Positions 10,524 through 18,987 of a stretch of DNA of 64,000 nt are shown here, in pieces. Source of the stretch: Nitrospirota bacterium (GTDB taxonomy: Bacteria; Nitrospirota; Nitrospiria; 2-01-FULL-66-17); contig JBMOMC010000044.1 of the NCBI GenBank assembly GCA_049325335.1, positions 157,704 through 221,703 on the forward strand, written 5' to 3'. Each line of letters starts with the position of its first letter. Position 1 is the first letter of the stretch. A program made the translations under genes and the position numbers. The notes under the pieces were generated by a model. The model searched no databases. It was not told where the DNA came from and was given only the letters and a program-made list of their open reading frames with translations.

Positions 10524-10623
10524 CGAGACGACCGACGGGGCGAGCGGGCAAATGGGAGAGCGGGGGGAAACTGATCGAGAACTTCTCACCCCCTCACCCC
10601 ATCGCCCCCGCTCCCCTCGTCTC
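10524..10623. repeat. Intergenic hairpin made of ~8-bp degenerate units (copy A)
   Basis: Purine-rich arm (ggcgagcg ggcaaatg ggagagcg) followed by complementary pyrimidine-rich arm immediately after the acs stop. Confidence 0.6.
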
Positions 10624-10666
10624 TGCATTGATTCCCCGCGCTTTGATTGATTATGATGATTGAACC

Positions 10667-12373
10667 ATGAAGATCGCGATCGGTAGCGACCACGCGGGCG
10701 TTGGTCTCAAGGACCGTATCGGCGCCCTGTTGGCCGAGCGAGGCCAATCCGTCGAAGACCTGGGAACCAACGGCAACGAGCCGGTTGACTACCCGGTGTA
10801 TGGCGCCAGGGTGGCCGAGGCCGTGTCCACGGGGGCAGTCGAGCGCGGCATTTTGGTGTGCGGGTCTGGCGTGGGCATGTCCATTGTCGCGAATAAGTTT
10901 CCCGGCGTGCGTGCCGCGTTGTGCACGGATCCACAGGTGGCCCGAACCAGCCGCGCGCACAACGACGCGAACGTCCTGGTGCTCGGCGAGCGCGTCCTCG
11001 ATATGGACACCAGCTTGGCCATCGTGAACGCATGGCTTGACACGCCGTTCGACGGCGGTCGGCACGCCAGGCGACTGCAAAAAATCGAAGAGCTCGAACG
11101 TCGGTTCCACCCTCGTCCCGAAAGAGCCGCTATGTCCGCGTTGCGAACCGTTGACCCCGATATTTACGAGGCGATCAAATCCGAAGCCCAGCGCGAGGAG
11201 GACAAGATCATCCTCATTGCGTCGGAAAATTACGTCAGCCCCGCGGTGATGGAAGCGCAAGGGTCGGTGCTGACCAATAAGTACGCCGAAGGGTATCCGT
11301 CCAAACGGTACTACGGCGGGTGCGAGTTCGTGGACCGCGCGGAAGCGCTCGCGATCGAACGCGCCAAGGCCGTGTTCGGCGCGGAGCACGCCAACGTCCA
11401 GCCCCACTCCGGGTCCCAGGCCAACATGGCGGTGTACCTGGCCATGCTCAAACCCGGCGACACGGTCATGGGCATGAGCCTTGCGCACGGCGGGCATTTG
11501 ACCCACGGCAGCCCGGTGAATTTCTCCGGCCTGCTGTTCCGCATCGTCTCGTACGGGGTGAACAAGGACACCGGATTGATCGACAACGACGAGGTGGAAC
11601 GCGTGGCGATGGAGCACCGCCCCAAGATGATCATCGTGGGCGGCAGCGCCTACGCGCGCATCCCCGACTTTAAGCGCTTTCGCGCCACCGCGGACAAAGT
11701 CGGCGCGTTGCTCATGGCGGACATCGCACACCCGGCGGGACTCATCGCCGCGGGCCTGCACCCCAGCCCGGTCCCGTACGCGGATTTCGTCACCACCACC
11801 ACCCACAAGACCTTGCGCGGCCCGCGCGGCGGCATGGTCATGTGCAAGGCCGTGCACGCCAAAGCTATCGACAAGGTCCTGTTCCCCGGCATCCAGGGCG
11901 GACCGTTGATGCACGTGATCGCGGCAAAAGCCGTGGCGCTCAAGGAGGCGATGTCGGAGGATTTCATCACCTACCAACGCCGCACGTTGGAGAACGCGCG
12001 CGCATTGGCGTCCGGACTCACGGCTCGCGGATACCAACTGGTCACCGGCGGCACCGACACGCACCTCTTCCTCGTGGACCTGCGCTCCAAGGGCGTGACC
12101 GGCAAGGACGCGGAAGCAGCGCTCGATGCCGCGGGCATCACGCTGAACAAGAACGCGGTCCCGTTCGACGACAAACCGCCGGCCGTCACCAGCGGCATCC
12201 GCATCGGTTCCCCCAGCGTGACCAGCCGCGGCATGGGCGTGGCGGAGATGGAACAGATCGCGACCATGATCGACCGTGTTCTGACCAAGGGCTCGGAGCC
12301 GTCCGTAATCGAGGACACTGCGGCCAGCGTGAAGAAGCTGTGCGAGCGGTTCCCCGTCTATAAAAGACACTGA
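10667..12373 (+). CDS. rpiB-glyA: Ribose-5-phosphate isomerase B / serine hydroxymethyltransferase in-frame fusion
   Basis: N-part [29 protein letters not shown]-part [29 protein letters not shown]; no stop between the two. Confidence 0.93.
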   Translation: MKIAIGSDHAGVGLKDRIGALLAERGQSVEDLGTNGNEPVDYPVYGARVAEAVSTGAVERGILVCGSGVGMSIVANKFPGVRAALCTDPQVARTSRAHNDANVLVLGERVLDMDTSLAIVNAWLDTPFDGGRHARRLQKIEELERRFHPRPERAAMSALRTVDPDIYEAIKSEAQREEDKIILIASENYVSPAVMEAQGSVLTNKYAEGYPSKRYYGGCEFVDRAEALAIERAKAVFGAEHANVQPHSGSQANMAVYLAMLKPGDTVMGMSLAHGGHLTHGSPVNFSGLLFRIVSYGVNKDTGLIDNDEVERVAMEHRPKMIIVGGSAYARIPDFKRFRATADKVGALLMADIAHPAGLIAAGLHPSPVPYADFVTTTTHKTLRGPRGGMVMCKAVHAKAIDKVLFPGIQGGPLMHVIAAKAVALKEAMSEDFITYQRRTLENARALASGLTARGYQLVTGGTDTHLFLVDLRSKGVTGKDAEAALDAAGITLNKNAVPFDDKPPAVTSGIRIGSPSVTSRGMGVAEMEQIATMIDRVLTKGSEPSVIEDTAASVKKLCERFPVYKRH

Positions 12374-12377
12374 CAGT

Positions 12378-12487
12378 CGGGCGAGCCGGTGAACCGGTGA
12401 AGCGGCGCCGTAACGAATTTCGCAGAAGTGTTTCTCCGGCTCCCCGGCTCCTCTATTCCCCGGTTCGTCTTTTCACGGTTCACCCTC
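12378..12487. repeat. Intergenic hairpin made of ~8-bp degenerate units (copy B)
   Basis: cgggcgagc cggtgaac cggtgaag ... ctccggct ccccggct ... cacggttcacc after the glyA stop. Confidence 0.6.
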
Positions 12488-12491
12488 ACTG

Positions 12492-12974
12492 ATGCGATGT
12501 CCCTTTTGCGCCGAGCAAGAAGACCGTGTGGTGGATTCGCGCGTCAACCGCGATGGTTTGATGATCCGGCGTCGACGCGAATGCCTGGGGTGCCAGCGGC
12601 GGTACACGACGTACGAACGGGTCGAGGAAATTCTCCCGGCGGTGGTGAAAAAGGACGGACGGCGCGAGCCGTTCGATCGCGGGAAAATCATCCAGGGGCT
12701 GAAGAAGGCGTGCGAGAAACGTCCGGTCCCGGTCGCGGTGCTCGAAGACATCGCGGATCGCGTGGAAAAACGGGTGCAGGAAATGGGCGACGCCGAAGTC
12801 TCCAGCCGGGTCATCGGTGAGGAAGTGATGACGCAACTTCACCACGTGGACCAAGTGGCCTACGTCCGGTTCGCGTCGGTGTATCGCGAGTTCAAGGACG
12901 TGACCCAATTTCTCGACGAGTTGACCACCCTGCTCAAACACGAACGCCGTCCCGACGAGAAGCCCGCCCCATGA
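12492..12974 (+). CDS. nrdR: Transcriptional repressor NrdR
   Basis: [16 protein letters not shown]-cone [23 protein letters not shown]. Confidence 0.97.
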   Translation: MRCPFCAEQEDRVVDSRVNRDGLMIRRRRECLGCQRRYTTYERVEEILPAVVKKDGRREPFDRGKIIQGLKKACEKRPVPVAVLEDIADRVEKRVQEMGDAEVSSRVIGEEVMTQLHHVDQVAYVRFASVYREFKDVTQFLDELTTLLKHERRPDEKPAP

Positions 12975-14125
12975 ACCAACGAGCGTTGCGCGCGGGCATG
13001 ATGCGGTCGCGAGTTCCGCTGGAACCGCGGGTCGTCCGACCCGCGCGGCCGAGGGTCCCGAAACCTCGGGCCCGTCGGGTCCCGGCCGACCATATGATTC
13101 ACGTGGCCATTATCGGCGCGGGCCAGGGCGGCACGTCGTTGATACGGATCCTGCACGACGATCCGCTCGTGACCATCGTGGGCGTGGCGGACCTGGACCC
13201 GAACGCCCCGGGCATGGCGCTCGCCCGCCAACTCAAGATCCGCACCACCACCGACTATCAACGTCTGCTCAAGCTTCCGAAAGTCGATACGCTCATCGAC
13301 GTGAGCGGGAACGACGGGGTGGCCGAGGCGCTGCTGACGCTGGATCGTCCGGAGGTCGCGGTGGTCGGAGGCCCAGGCGCCAAGTTCATGTGGCAGTTGA
13401 TCGACGAGCGCATCCGCAGCAAACAAGAGTTGGAGCGTCATCTCCACGAGTATCAGTCGCTTTACCGACTGTATATGAAGGAAGTCCGGCACGCGATCAG
13501 CGAAGAACGCACCCGCATCGCGCTGGATATCCACGACGGCTTGGTGCAAACGCTTGCCGGGTTGAGTTACAAGATGGATCTGTGTCGGGAATTCCTATCG
13601 TTGGACCCGGCCCGCGGCGCGCGCACCCTACGCGAGACGCAGCACCTGCTCAAGGGCGCGATCGAAGAAGCTCGCCAGGTGGTCTTCAGCCTCAAGCCGC
13701 TGCACTTCGATCGTCTGGACCTCCGCACCGCGCTCAAACACTACGCCAAGACCTACGCCAAGCAGTACCACATCGACACCACCGTCAGCGTCCTCGGCAA
13801 CGAGCGCGGCTTGTCGCCGAAGACCAAAATCTTTCTCTTTCGCATCGTCCAAGAAGCGCTCTCCAACGTCCAAAAACACGCGGGCGCATCCAAGGTCCAC
13901 GTGCGGGTCGCCATCGAAAGGACCACCCTGACCGCCTCGATCCAAGACAACGGCCGAGGATTCGACCTCCCAGGGGTCTCGGCCAATCCCGAGAAATGGG
14001 CGTCGTTAGGGCTCAAAGGCATGACCGAACGAGCCCGGCTGATCGGCGGACGCGCTCGTATCGAAACCCAACCTGGGCAAGGCACGACCATCTCGGTGAC
14101 CATTCCCCTCAAACACCAGGAATAA
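12971..14125 (+). CDS. Soluble HisKA_3 histidine kinase with N-terminal Rossmann-type (Gfo/Idh/MocA-like) domain
   Basis: [51 protein letters not shown]; alternative start ATG 13094. Confidence 0.88.
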   Translation: MNQRALRAGMMRSRVPLEPRVVRPARPRVPKPRARRVPADHMIHVAIIGAGQGGTSLIRILHDDPLVTIVGVADLDPNAPGMALARQLKIRTTTDYQRLLKLPKVDTLIDVSGNDGVAEALLTLDRPEVAVVGGPGAKFMWQLIDERIRSKQELERHLHEYQSLYRLYMKEVRHAISEERTRIALDIHDGLVQTLAGLSYKMDLCREFLSLDPARGARTLRETQHLLKGAIEEARQVVFSLKPLHFDRLDLRTALKHYAKTYAKQYHIDTTVSVLGNERGLSPKTKIFLFRIVQEALSNVQKHAGASKVHVRVAIERTTLTASIQDNGRGFDLPGVSANPEKWASLGLKGMTERARLIGGRARIETQPGQGTTISVTIPLKHQE

Positions 14126-14137
14126 GGAGCGGCGCAC

Positions 14138-14815
14138 GTGGCGAAAAAAATTCGGGTCCTGATCGCCGACGATCACCAAGTGGTGCGCGACGGCTTGTCC
14201 GCCATCCTCCAGACCAAGGACGACATCGTCGTGGTCGGCGAAGCCAAGGACGGGGTGGAAGCGGTGGAGAAAACCAAACAACTCCAACCGGACGTGGCGC
14301 TGATGGACATCAGCATGCCGCGCATGACGGGCGTGGAAGCCACGCGCCGCATCAAGGAGCTCTGCCCGGACGTCCGCGTGGTGGTGCTCACCATGTATGA
14401 GGAAGAAGAATACATTTTCGACCTGGTCAAGACCGGCGTGGCCGGCTACCTGCTCAAGAATTCGGACTCCGCGCAGATCGTCAAGGCGATTCGCGCCGCG
14501 GCCAAGGGCGAGTCGTTCCTGCACCCCACCATCGCGGGGAAAATTCTAACCGAGTTTTCGCAATTAGCCGAAGGACGCGGCAAGAAGCAAACCAAGGGCA
14601 AGAGCGATTTGACCGAACGCGAACAAGGCGTCCTGCAATACATCGCGGAGGGCAAGACCAACAAGGAGATCGCCAACGCCCTGTCCATCAGTGAGAAAAC
14701 CGTGAAGAACCACGTCCGCAACATCTTCCACAAACTGGACGTGTACGATCGCACCCAAGCCGCGATCCAAGCCATCCGTCGCGGCATCATCCGCATCGAC
14801 ATACAGAAATCGTAG
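14138..14815 (+). CDS. NarL/LuxR-family response regulator
   Basis: IADDH, LMDISMP, LTEREQ...TVKNHVRNIFHKL. Confidence 0.95.
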   Translation: MAKKIRVLIADDHQVVRDGLSAILQTKDDIVVVGEAKDGVEAVEKTKQLQPDVALMDISMPRMTGVEATRRIKELCPDVRVVVLTMYEEEEYIFDLVKTGVAGYLLKNSDSAQIVKAIRAAAKGESFLHPTIAGKILTEFSQLAEGRGKKQTKGKSDLTEREQGVLQYIAEGKTNKEIANALSISEKTVKNHVRNIFHKLDVYDRTQAAIQAIRRGIIRIDIQKS

Positions 14816-14838
14816 GGCGACCGCCGTTCGGCTCCTAC
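14812..14838. repeat. Degenerate GTAG-type REP palindrome
   Basis: gtagggcga...gctcctac overlapping the regulator stop codon. Confidence 0.4.
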
Positions 14839-14846
14839 ACGCCGTC

Positions 14847-15734
14847 ATGGATGACGACGTTCGAAAATTTCTTCAATTTTTATCCGTTGAAAAAGGCCTT
14901 GCGCCGCTGACGCTGGAAGCGTACGCCCGGGATCTGGGGCGGGTCATCGGCCTGCTCACGGATCAAGGCGTCACCACGTGGCGCGCGGTTGAACGCGAGC
15001 ATTTGCGCTCGTGCCTGGCCGCGCTGCACCGTCACGGCCTATCGGGACGAACCGTCGCGCGCACCATCACCACGCTGCGCGGGCTCTACCGGTTTTTATC
15101 GAATGAGGGCGCGATCGAACGAGACCCTACCGCGTGGATGGAGTCCCCGCAACGCCCGATGCGACTTCCACGGTCGCTCCCTTCCGCCGACGTCGAGCGC
15201 CTCCTCGCCCTGTCGCTGGGCACGAAACCGCCGCACGCGCGCGATGAAGCCATGATCGAACTGCTCTACGCGACCGGGATGCGGGTGTCGGAACTCGTCT
15301 CATTGACGTTGAAAGACGTGAATCTGGAAGTGGGGTATGTCACCCCGTTGGGTAAGGGGTCCAAGGTGCGCATCATCCCGGTCGGCGATGCCGGCCGCGA
15401 CAAGTTGACCCGATACCTGAGCGGTCCCCGCGCCGCGCTCCTGGACGGACGGTCGTCCGCCCACGTGTTCGTGAGCAACCGGGGTGGGGCCATGACCCGG
15501 CAGCGCTTTTGGCAAATCCTGCGCGACTACGCCCGCGCCGCGGGAATCGCCGCGAAATTCTCCCCGCACACGCTCCGCCACTCGTTCGCCACCCACCTGC
15601 TCACCCGCGGCGCCGACCTCCGTGCGGTCCAAGCCATGCTCGGCCACGCCCAAATCACCACCACGCAAATCTACACCCACGTCACGAGAGAACGCTTAAA
15701 GAGCCTGCACGAGAAACTGCACCCACGGGGATAA
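14847..15734 (+). CDS. xerD: Tyrosine recombinase XerD
   Basis: LLYATGMRVSEL, GKGSKVR, SPHTLRHSFATHLL, LGHA..TTQIYTHV, HPRG end. Confidence 0.93.
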   Translation: MDDDVRKFLQFLSVEKGLAPLTLEAYARDLGRVIGLLTDQGVTTWRAVEREHLRSCLAALHRHGLSGRTVARTITTLRGLYRFLSNEGAIERDPTAWMESPQRPMRLPRSLPSADVERLLALSLGTKPPHARDEAMIELLYATGMRVSELVSLTLKDVNLEVGYVTPLGKGSKVRIIPVGDAGRDKLTRYLSGPRAALLDGRSSAHVFVSNRGGAMTRQRFWQILRDYARAAGIAAKFSPHTLRHSFATHLLTRGADLRAVQAMLGHAQITTTQIYTHVTRERLKSLHEKLHPRG

Positions 15735-15767
15735 TCCGCTCATCGTGTAGACAACAAGGTCAGGGGA

Positions 15768-15794
15768 CTGGATTCCCGCCTGCGCGGGAATGAC
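15768..15794. repeat. REP-like palindrome ATTCCC-N8-GGGAAT
   Basis: ctggattcccgcctgcgcgggaatgac, same core as 3292-3319. Confidence 0.7.
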
Positions 15795-15846
15795 ATCAAC
15801 TTCTATTTACGACAGGAAGTAAATGTGTTCGCGCATTCCGAACACA

Positions 15847-16034
15847 GAGCCTGTTCAGGGCCGGTCAGACGCCCCCTTCGGGGGCTTCCAGCAATTCCAT
15901 TCTTGGGGGGGGTCGCAAGCCGCCGCGAGCACCCGCACGTGTAGGGGTGTACGGCCGTACGCCCCTACGAAAACCGTGAGGACCGGACGCGCAGCGGCAA
16001 CGCCGCAGATGGCCGGTCATGGACAGGCTCCTAG
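15847..16034. mobile_element. Structured ~185-bp MITE-like/ncRNA element (copy 1) with nested GTAG palindrome
   Basis: Terminal stem gagcctgttca...tggacaggctc then CTAG; shares blocks with 53683-53855; internal gtaggggtgtacggccgtacgcccctac at 15941-15968. Confidence 0.7.
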
Positions 16035-16702
16035 AAGTCGAACTTCAGCGCAGCCACCACCGTTCTTCCACCCAAGTCCACGTCCGAGTCGGTTCCCGGA
16101 GCCTGAATCTTGGCCCACTGCGCTTCAACGCGGAAGGACGTTCGCGCCACGCCGTACTCTTCATGAAACGCCGCCGCGGACGAGGGGTCCAAGCCGTTGA
16201 GCAGCACATCGATCCCCACGCCGACGAGCAACCCTCCGGCGGCTCCGCGTACGCTGTCCTTCCCGTCAACCGCCAATCGATAGAGGGCACGGCGATACCC
16301 CGCGGACAAAAACGGGGTGAGGAGTTGGTCTTCGGATACTCGGAAGGCCCCTTCGAGGCCCACGGTGATCGGCCATAACACAAGCCGCTGGTGATCGCCG
16401 CTGACCCGGCCGCTCAGCGACCCGCGCGCGAACGATCCCGCCGTGAAGTACCCGGCATCGACCATGACGGCCACGAACGGGGTCACGGCGTACTTCGCGC
16501 CCAGCGTCGGAACCCACCCGCCCGCTCGGCCATACTGCGCTTCCCACCCCTCGATCTCGGGGGTGAAATATCCCACGCCGACCGAAGCCGACCACCGTGT
16601 GTCGTCGATGGGTTCGGCCCGTGCGGCGGGTACCGGGGCCCACCACGCGCACGCGACGCCGAATAGAACCCACCGCGCGGCGTGGCCCAATCGGCTACGC
16701 AC
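16031..16702 (-). CDS. Outer-membrane beta-barrel protein, MXAN_2562-like
   Basis: Signal peptide (ARA), amphipathic beta strands, LLNGLDP..A..F.EEYGV, C-terminal F; coupled to a CFI-box-CTERM gene. Confidence 0.7.
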   Translation of the reverse strand: MRSRLGHAARWVLFGVACAWWAPVPAARAEPIDDTRWSASVGVGYFTPEIEGWEAQYGRAGGWVPTLGAKYAVTPFVAVMVDAGYFTAGSFARGSLSGRVSGDHQRLVLWPITVGLEGAFRVSEDQLLTPFLSAGYRRALYRLAVDGKDSVRGAAGGLLVGVGIDVLLNGLDPSSAAAFHEEYGVARTSFRVEAQWAKIQAPGTDSDVDLGGRTVVAALKFDF

Positions 16703-18449
16703 GCGCCCGACCTCGTCGTGATCGAACCACGGCCGCCAATGCGACCATTCCGACGATCCCGCACGCCAGTGACAGCCACGGCCACTCCATCGAGAGCCAC
16801 GCCACGCCGATCACGGGCGCCAAGGCCCAGCGAACCGTTGTCCGCAGGAGTTCGGAACGACGCAACACGTCCGCGATCGGCGGACTCACGGCCTCATACG
16901 TCCGGACAAACACCCGGCCGGGCGGGTTGGTCAGCAAATAGCGATCCCGCCACGCTCGCAACAGGTCCACTTGCGGGGCCATCAGCGATCCGTACGCCGC
17001 GGTGGCGATAAAACACCCGCGGCCCTCGGCCAACGGCGGGAACCCGACCACGGGTTCCGGAATCTCCGAGACCTCGGCCGACTGCGCCCCTGTCACGGCG
17101 GTCCCGTACTCGGCATGCTCTGGATCGGATCGGTTCCCAATGGTCGGCGAAGCGGTCGGGGTTCCGTACAACGACGCCACCACCGCGGTCAACGTCGGCT
17201 CCGTGGCCGCTGCCACCGCCGCGTAATAGATTGTGCCGTTGACCAAGTCCTCCAACGTCGTCGAAGTTTCCGCCACTCGATCCTTTCCCGGAACCACGGT
17301 CAGAACCCCTGACGTCGTTCCCGACAACACCTGGTAGGACGTCGCAGCGGCGGACGCGTTCCACGCCAGATAAATTCGGGTGTCGCCGAACGTGGCGGCC
17401 AAGCCGGTCGGCGGATCCGGCGCGGTCACGCTCGTGTTCAACCCGCTCAATGACAGGGCGCACGTCGTACCCGTACACGTTGTCTGTGTCGATGCCGAGG
17501 TATCGATGATGTGCGGAGAGGTGATCGGCCCGTCCGCCGTGCCGGCATATGTCGCATCAGCCGGCACCAACGGCGCGGCAAACGACACTTGGTACCCGGT
17601 GACCAGGTGGTCGGCATTTTTCGTCCACGACACCGTACACGCGGCGGCCGGAGGCGCGCACACCACGCTCACCCCGCGCGGGGGAAACGGCTTGGTGTGG
17701 GCGCTTGCCCCGCCGTACGCGCCGAATGTATCGCTGTCGGTCACTTGGCCAAACGCGTTGGTCGATGCCGCGGTCAGGTGGAAATCATTCTCCGTTTCAT
17801 CAACGAACTCCAACCCCGTGTCCACCCGCGTGTAGGTGCCCGGCGGAGGAGTTTGATAGAACAACTGCTCCCCGGTCAACACGAGGGTCCCCAGATCCAC
17901 GCCCTGCGTCAGGGTGGAGAAAATCGTGTTGGTGACGGACACCGACTGGGCCGCGCAGACGATCCCGTGCTCCCCGCGATGGATCGTCGCGCGCGTAATC
18001 GTGATGGTGTTGCCCGCGGTCTGCTCGCACCGGATCGCGGTCCCGGTGGACGTGTCGGCCGCAATCACGACATTCTCGAGCGTAGCCGTGGCTTGAGTAA
18101 TCTGCACCCCAGTGGCCGACCTCCGCAGGATCAGCCGCGTCAATTTGGCGGACACGTTGGGCCGGATCGTCACCACCGGTTCCGAGCCCACGCCGATAAT
18201 CACCACCTTGGCGCCGTCCTCGGCCTGGATGGTCAGATTCTTGTCGATGACCAGATGTTCGGTGTACTCGCCCGTTGTGATGATCAGGGTGTCCCCGGCC
18301 GTCGCGGCTTGGATCGCGTCCGCAATCGACTCGCCGGATGATACCGTGGCGGTTTCGGCTTGAGCCGTGGCGGCGCCGACCAATAGGACCGTGACCGCGG
18401 TCAGGCACCACGCCCGGCATACACTCCACGCGGATGAGTCGGGGAGCAC
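16695..18449 (-). CDS. Secreted beta-helix/fibronectin type III protein with CFI-box-CTERM sorting domain
   Basis: Signal peptide AQA, FN3 (PPTGLAA...LVNGTIYY), GCFIATAAYGS...LRAWRDRYL...GRVFV.TY...SPP then TM and basic tail; start placed at GTG 18449 (uncertain). Confidence 0.82.
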   Translation of the reverse strand: MLPDSSAWSVCRAWCLTAVTVLLVGAATAQAETATVSSGESIADAIQAATAGDTLIITTGEYTEHLVIDKNLTIQAEDGAKVVIIGVGSEPVVTIRPNVSAKLTRLILRRSATGVQITQATATLENVVIAADTSTGTAIRCEQTAGNTITITRATIHRGEHGIVCAAQSVSVTNTIFSTLTQGVDLGTLVLTGEQLFYQTPPPGTYTRVDTGLEFVDETENDFHLTAASTNAFGQVTDSDTFGAYGGASAHTKPFPPRGVSVVCAPPAAACTVSWTKNADHLVTGYQVSFAAPLVPADATYAGTADGPITSPHIIDTSASTQTTCTGTTCALSLSGLNTSVTAPDPPTGLAATFGDTRIYLAWNASAAATSYQVLSGTTSGVLTVVPGKDRVAETSTTLEDLVNGTIYYAAVAAATEPTLTAVVASLYGTPTASPTIGNRSDPEHAEYGTAVTGAQSAEVSEIPEPVVGFPPLAEGRGCFIATAAYGSLMAPQVDLLRAWRDRYLLTNPPGRVFVRTYEAVSPPIADVLRRSELLRTTVRWALAPVIGVAWLSMEWPWLSLACGIVGMVALAAVVRSRRGRARA

Positions 18450-18462
18450 CGGAGTGGAGTCG

Positions 18463-18975
18463 TCAGTAACTAAGCAGGGAGAGAATGTGCTGGTCTCTGA
18501 GCTTGTCACGGCCGCGCAGCTCCGCCAGCTCGATGAGCACGGCAATGCCCACCACCACACCGCCCAGTTCCTTGACCAGGTGCACGGTCGCGGCCATGGT
18601 GCCGCCGGTGGCCAGCAGGTCGTCGACGATCAACACGCGCTCGCCGCGATCAATCGCGTCCTTGTGGATCGCGAGTTTGTTCGATCCATACTCCAAATCA
18701 TAGGTTTTTTCGTAGACTTCGGCGGGCAATTTCCCGGGTTTGCGTACGGGCACGAACCCCGCACCGAGTTGCGCGGCCACCGGCGCCCCCAGGATGAAGC
18801 CCCTCGACTCGATCCCCACCACCTTGGTGATCCCTTCGCCGCGGTAGAATTCGGTGAACCGGTGGACGACGCGGCCGAACGCCTCGGCGTCCCGCAGCAG
18901 CGTGGTCACGTCGTAAAACAGAATGCCGGGCTTGGGAAAGTTCGGGACTTCTCGGATCTTGGCTTTGAGGTCCAA
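18463..18975 (-). CDS. apt: Adenine phosphoribosyltransferase
   Basis: FPKPGILFYD, RKPGKLP, LEYG, VDDLLATGGT. Confidence 0.97.
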   Translation of the reverse strand: MDLKAKIREVPNFPKPGILFYDVTTLLRDAEAFGRVVHRFTEFYRGEGITKVVGIESRGFILGAPVAAQLGAGFVPVRKPGKLPAEVYEKTYDLEYGSNKLAIHKDAIDRGERVLIVDDLLATGGTMAATVHLVKELGGVVVGIAVLIELAELRGRDKLRDQHILSLLSY

Positions 18976-18987
18976 CGAGCACCGTCC

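Noticed and set aside
10586..12370. 594-aa antisense ORF (likewise 33065-35110, 53648-55261 and many shorter ones)
   Set aside because: Shadow frames of conserved genes in GC-rich DNA with no recognisable motifs
14847..15734. Tyrosine recombinase as the integrase for the attC cassette or a prophage
   Set aside because: Length, motifs and HPRG end fit chromosomal XerD; no IntI-specific insert is visible and it lies 12 kb from the cassette
15847..16034. 6S RNA or SRP RNA
   Set aside because: Size is 6S-like, but a second diverged copy exists, both abut CTAG stops, and no 6S central bubble or SRP loop motif could be identified
18450..18560. N-terminal extension of the CFI-box protein given by the ORF track
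   Set aside because: Overlaps apt; the signal peptide begins further downstream
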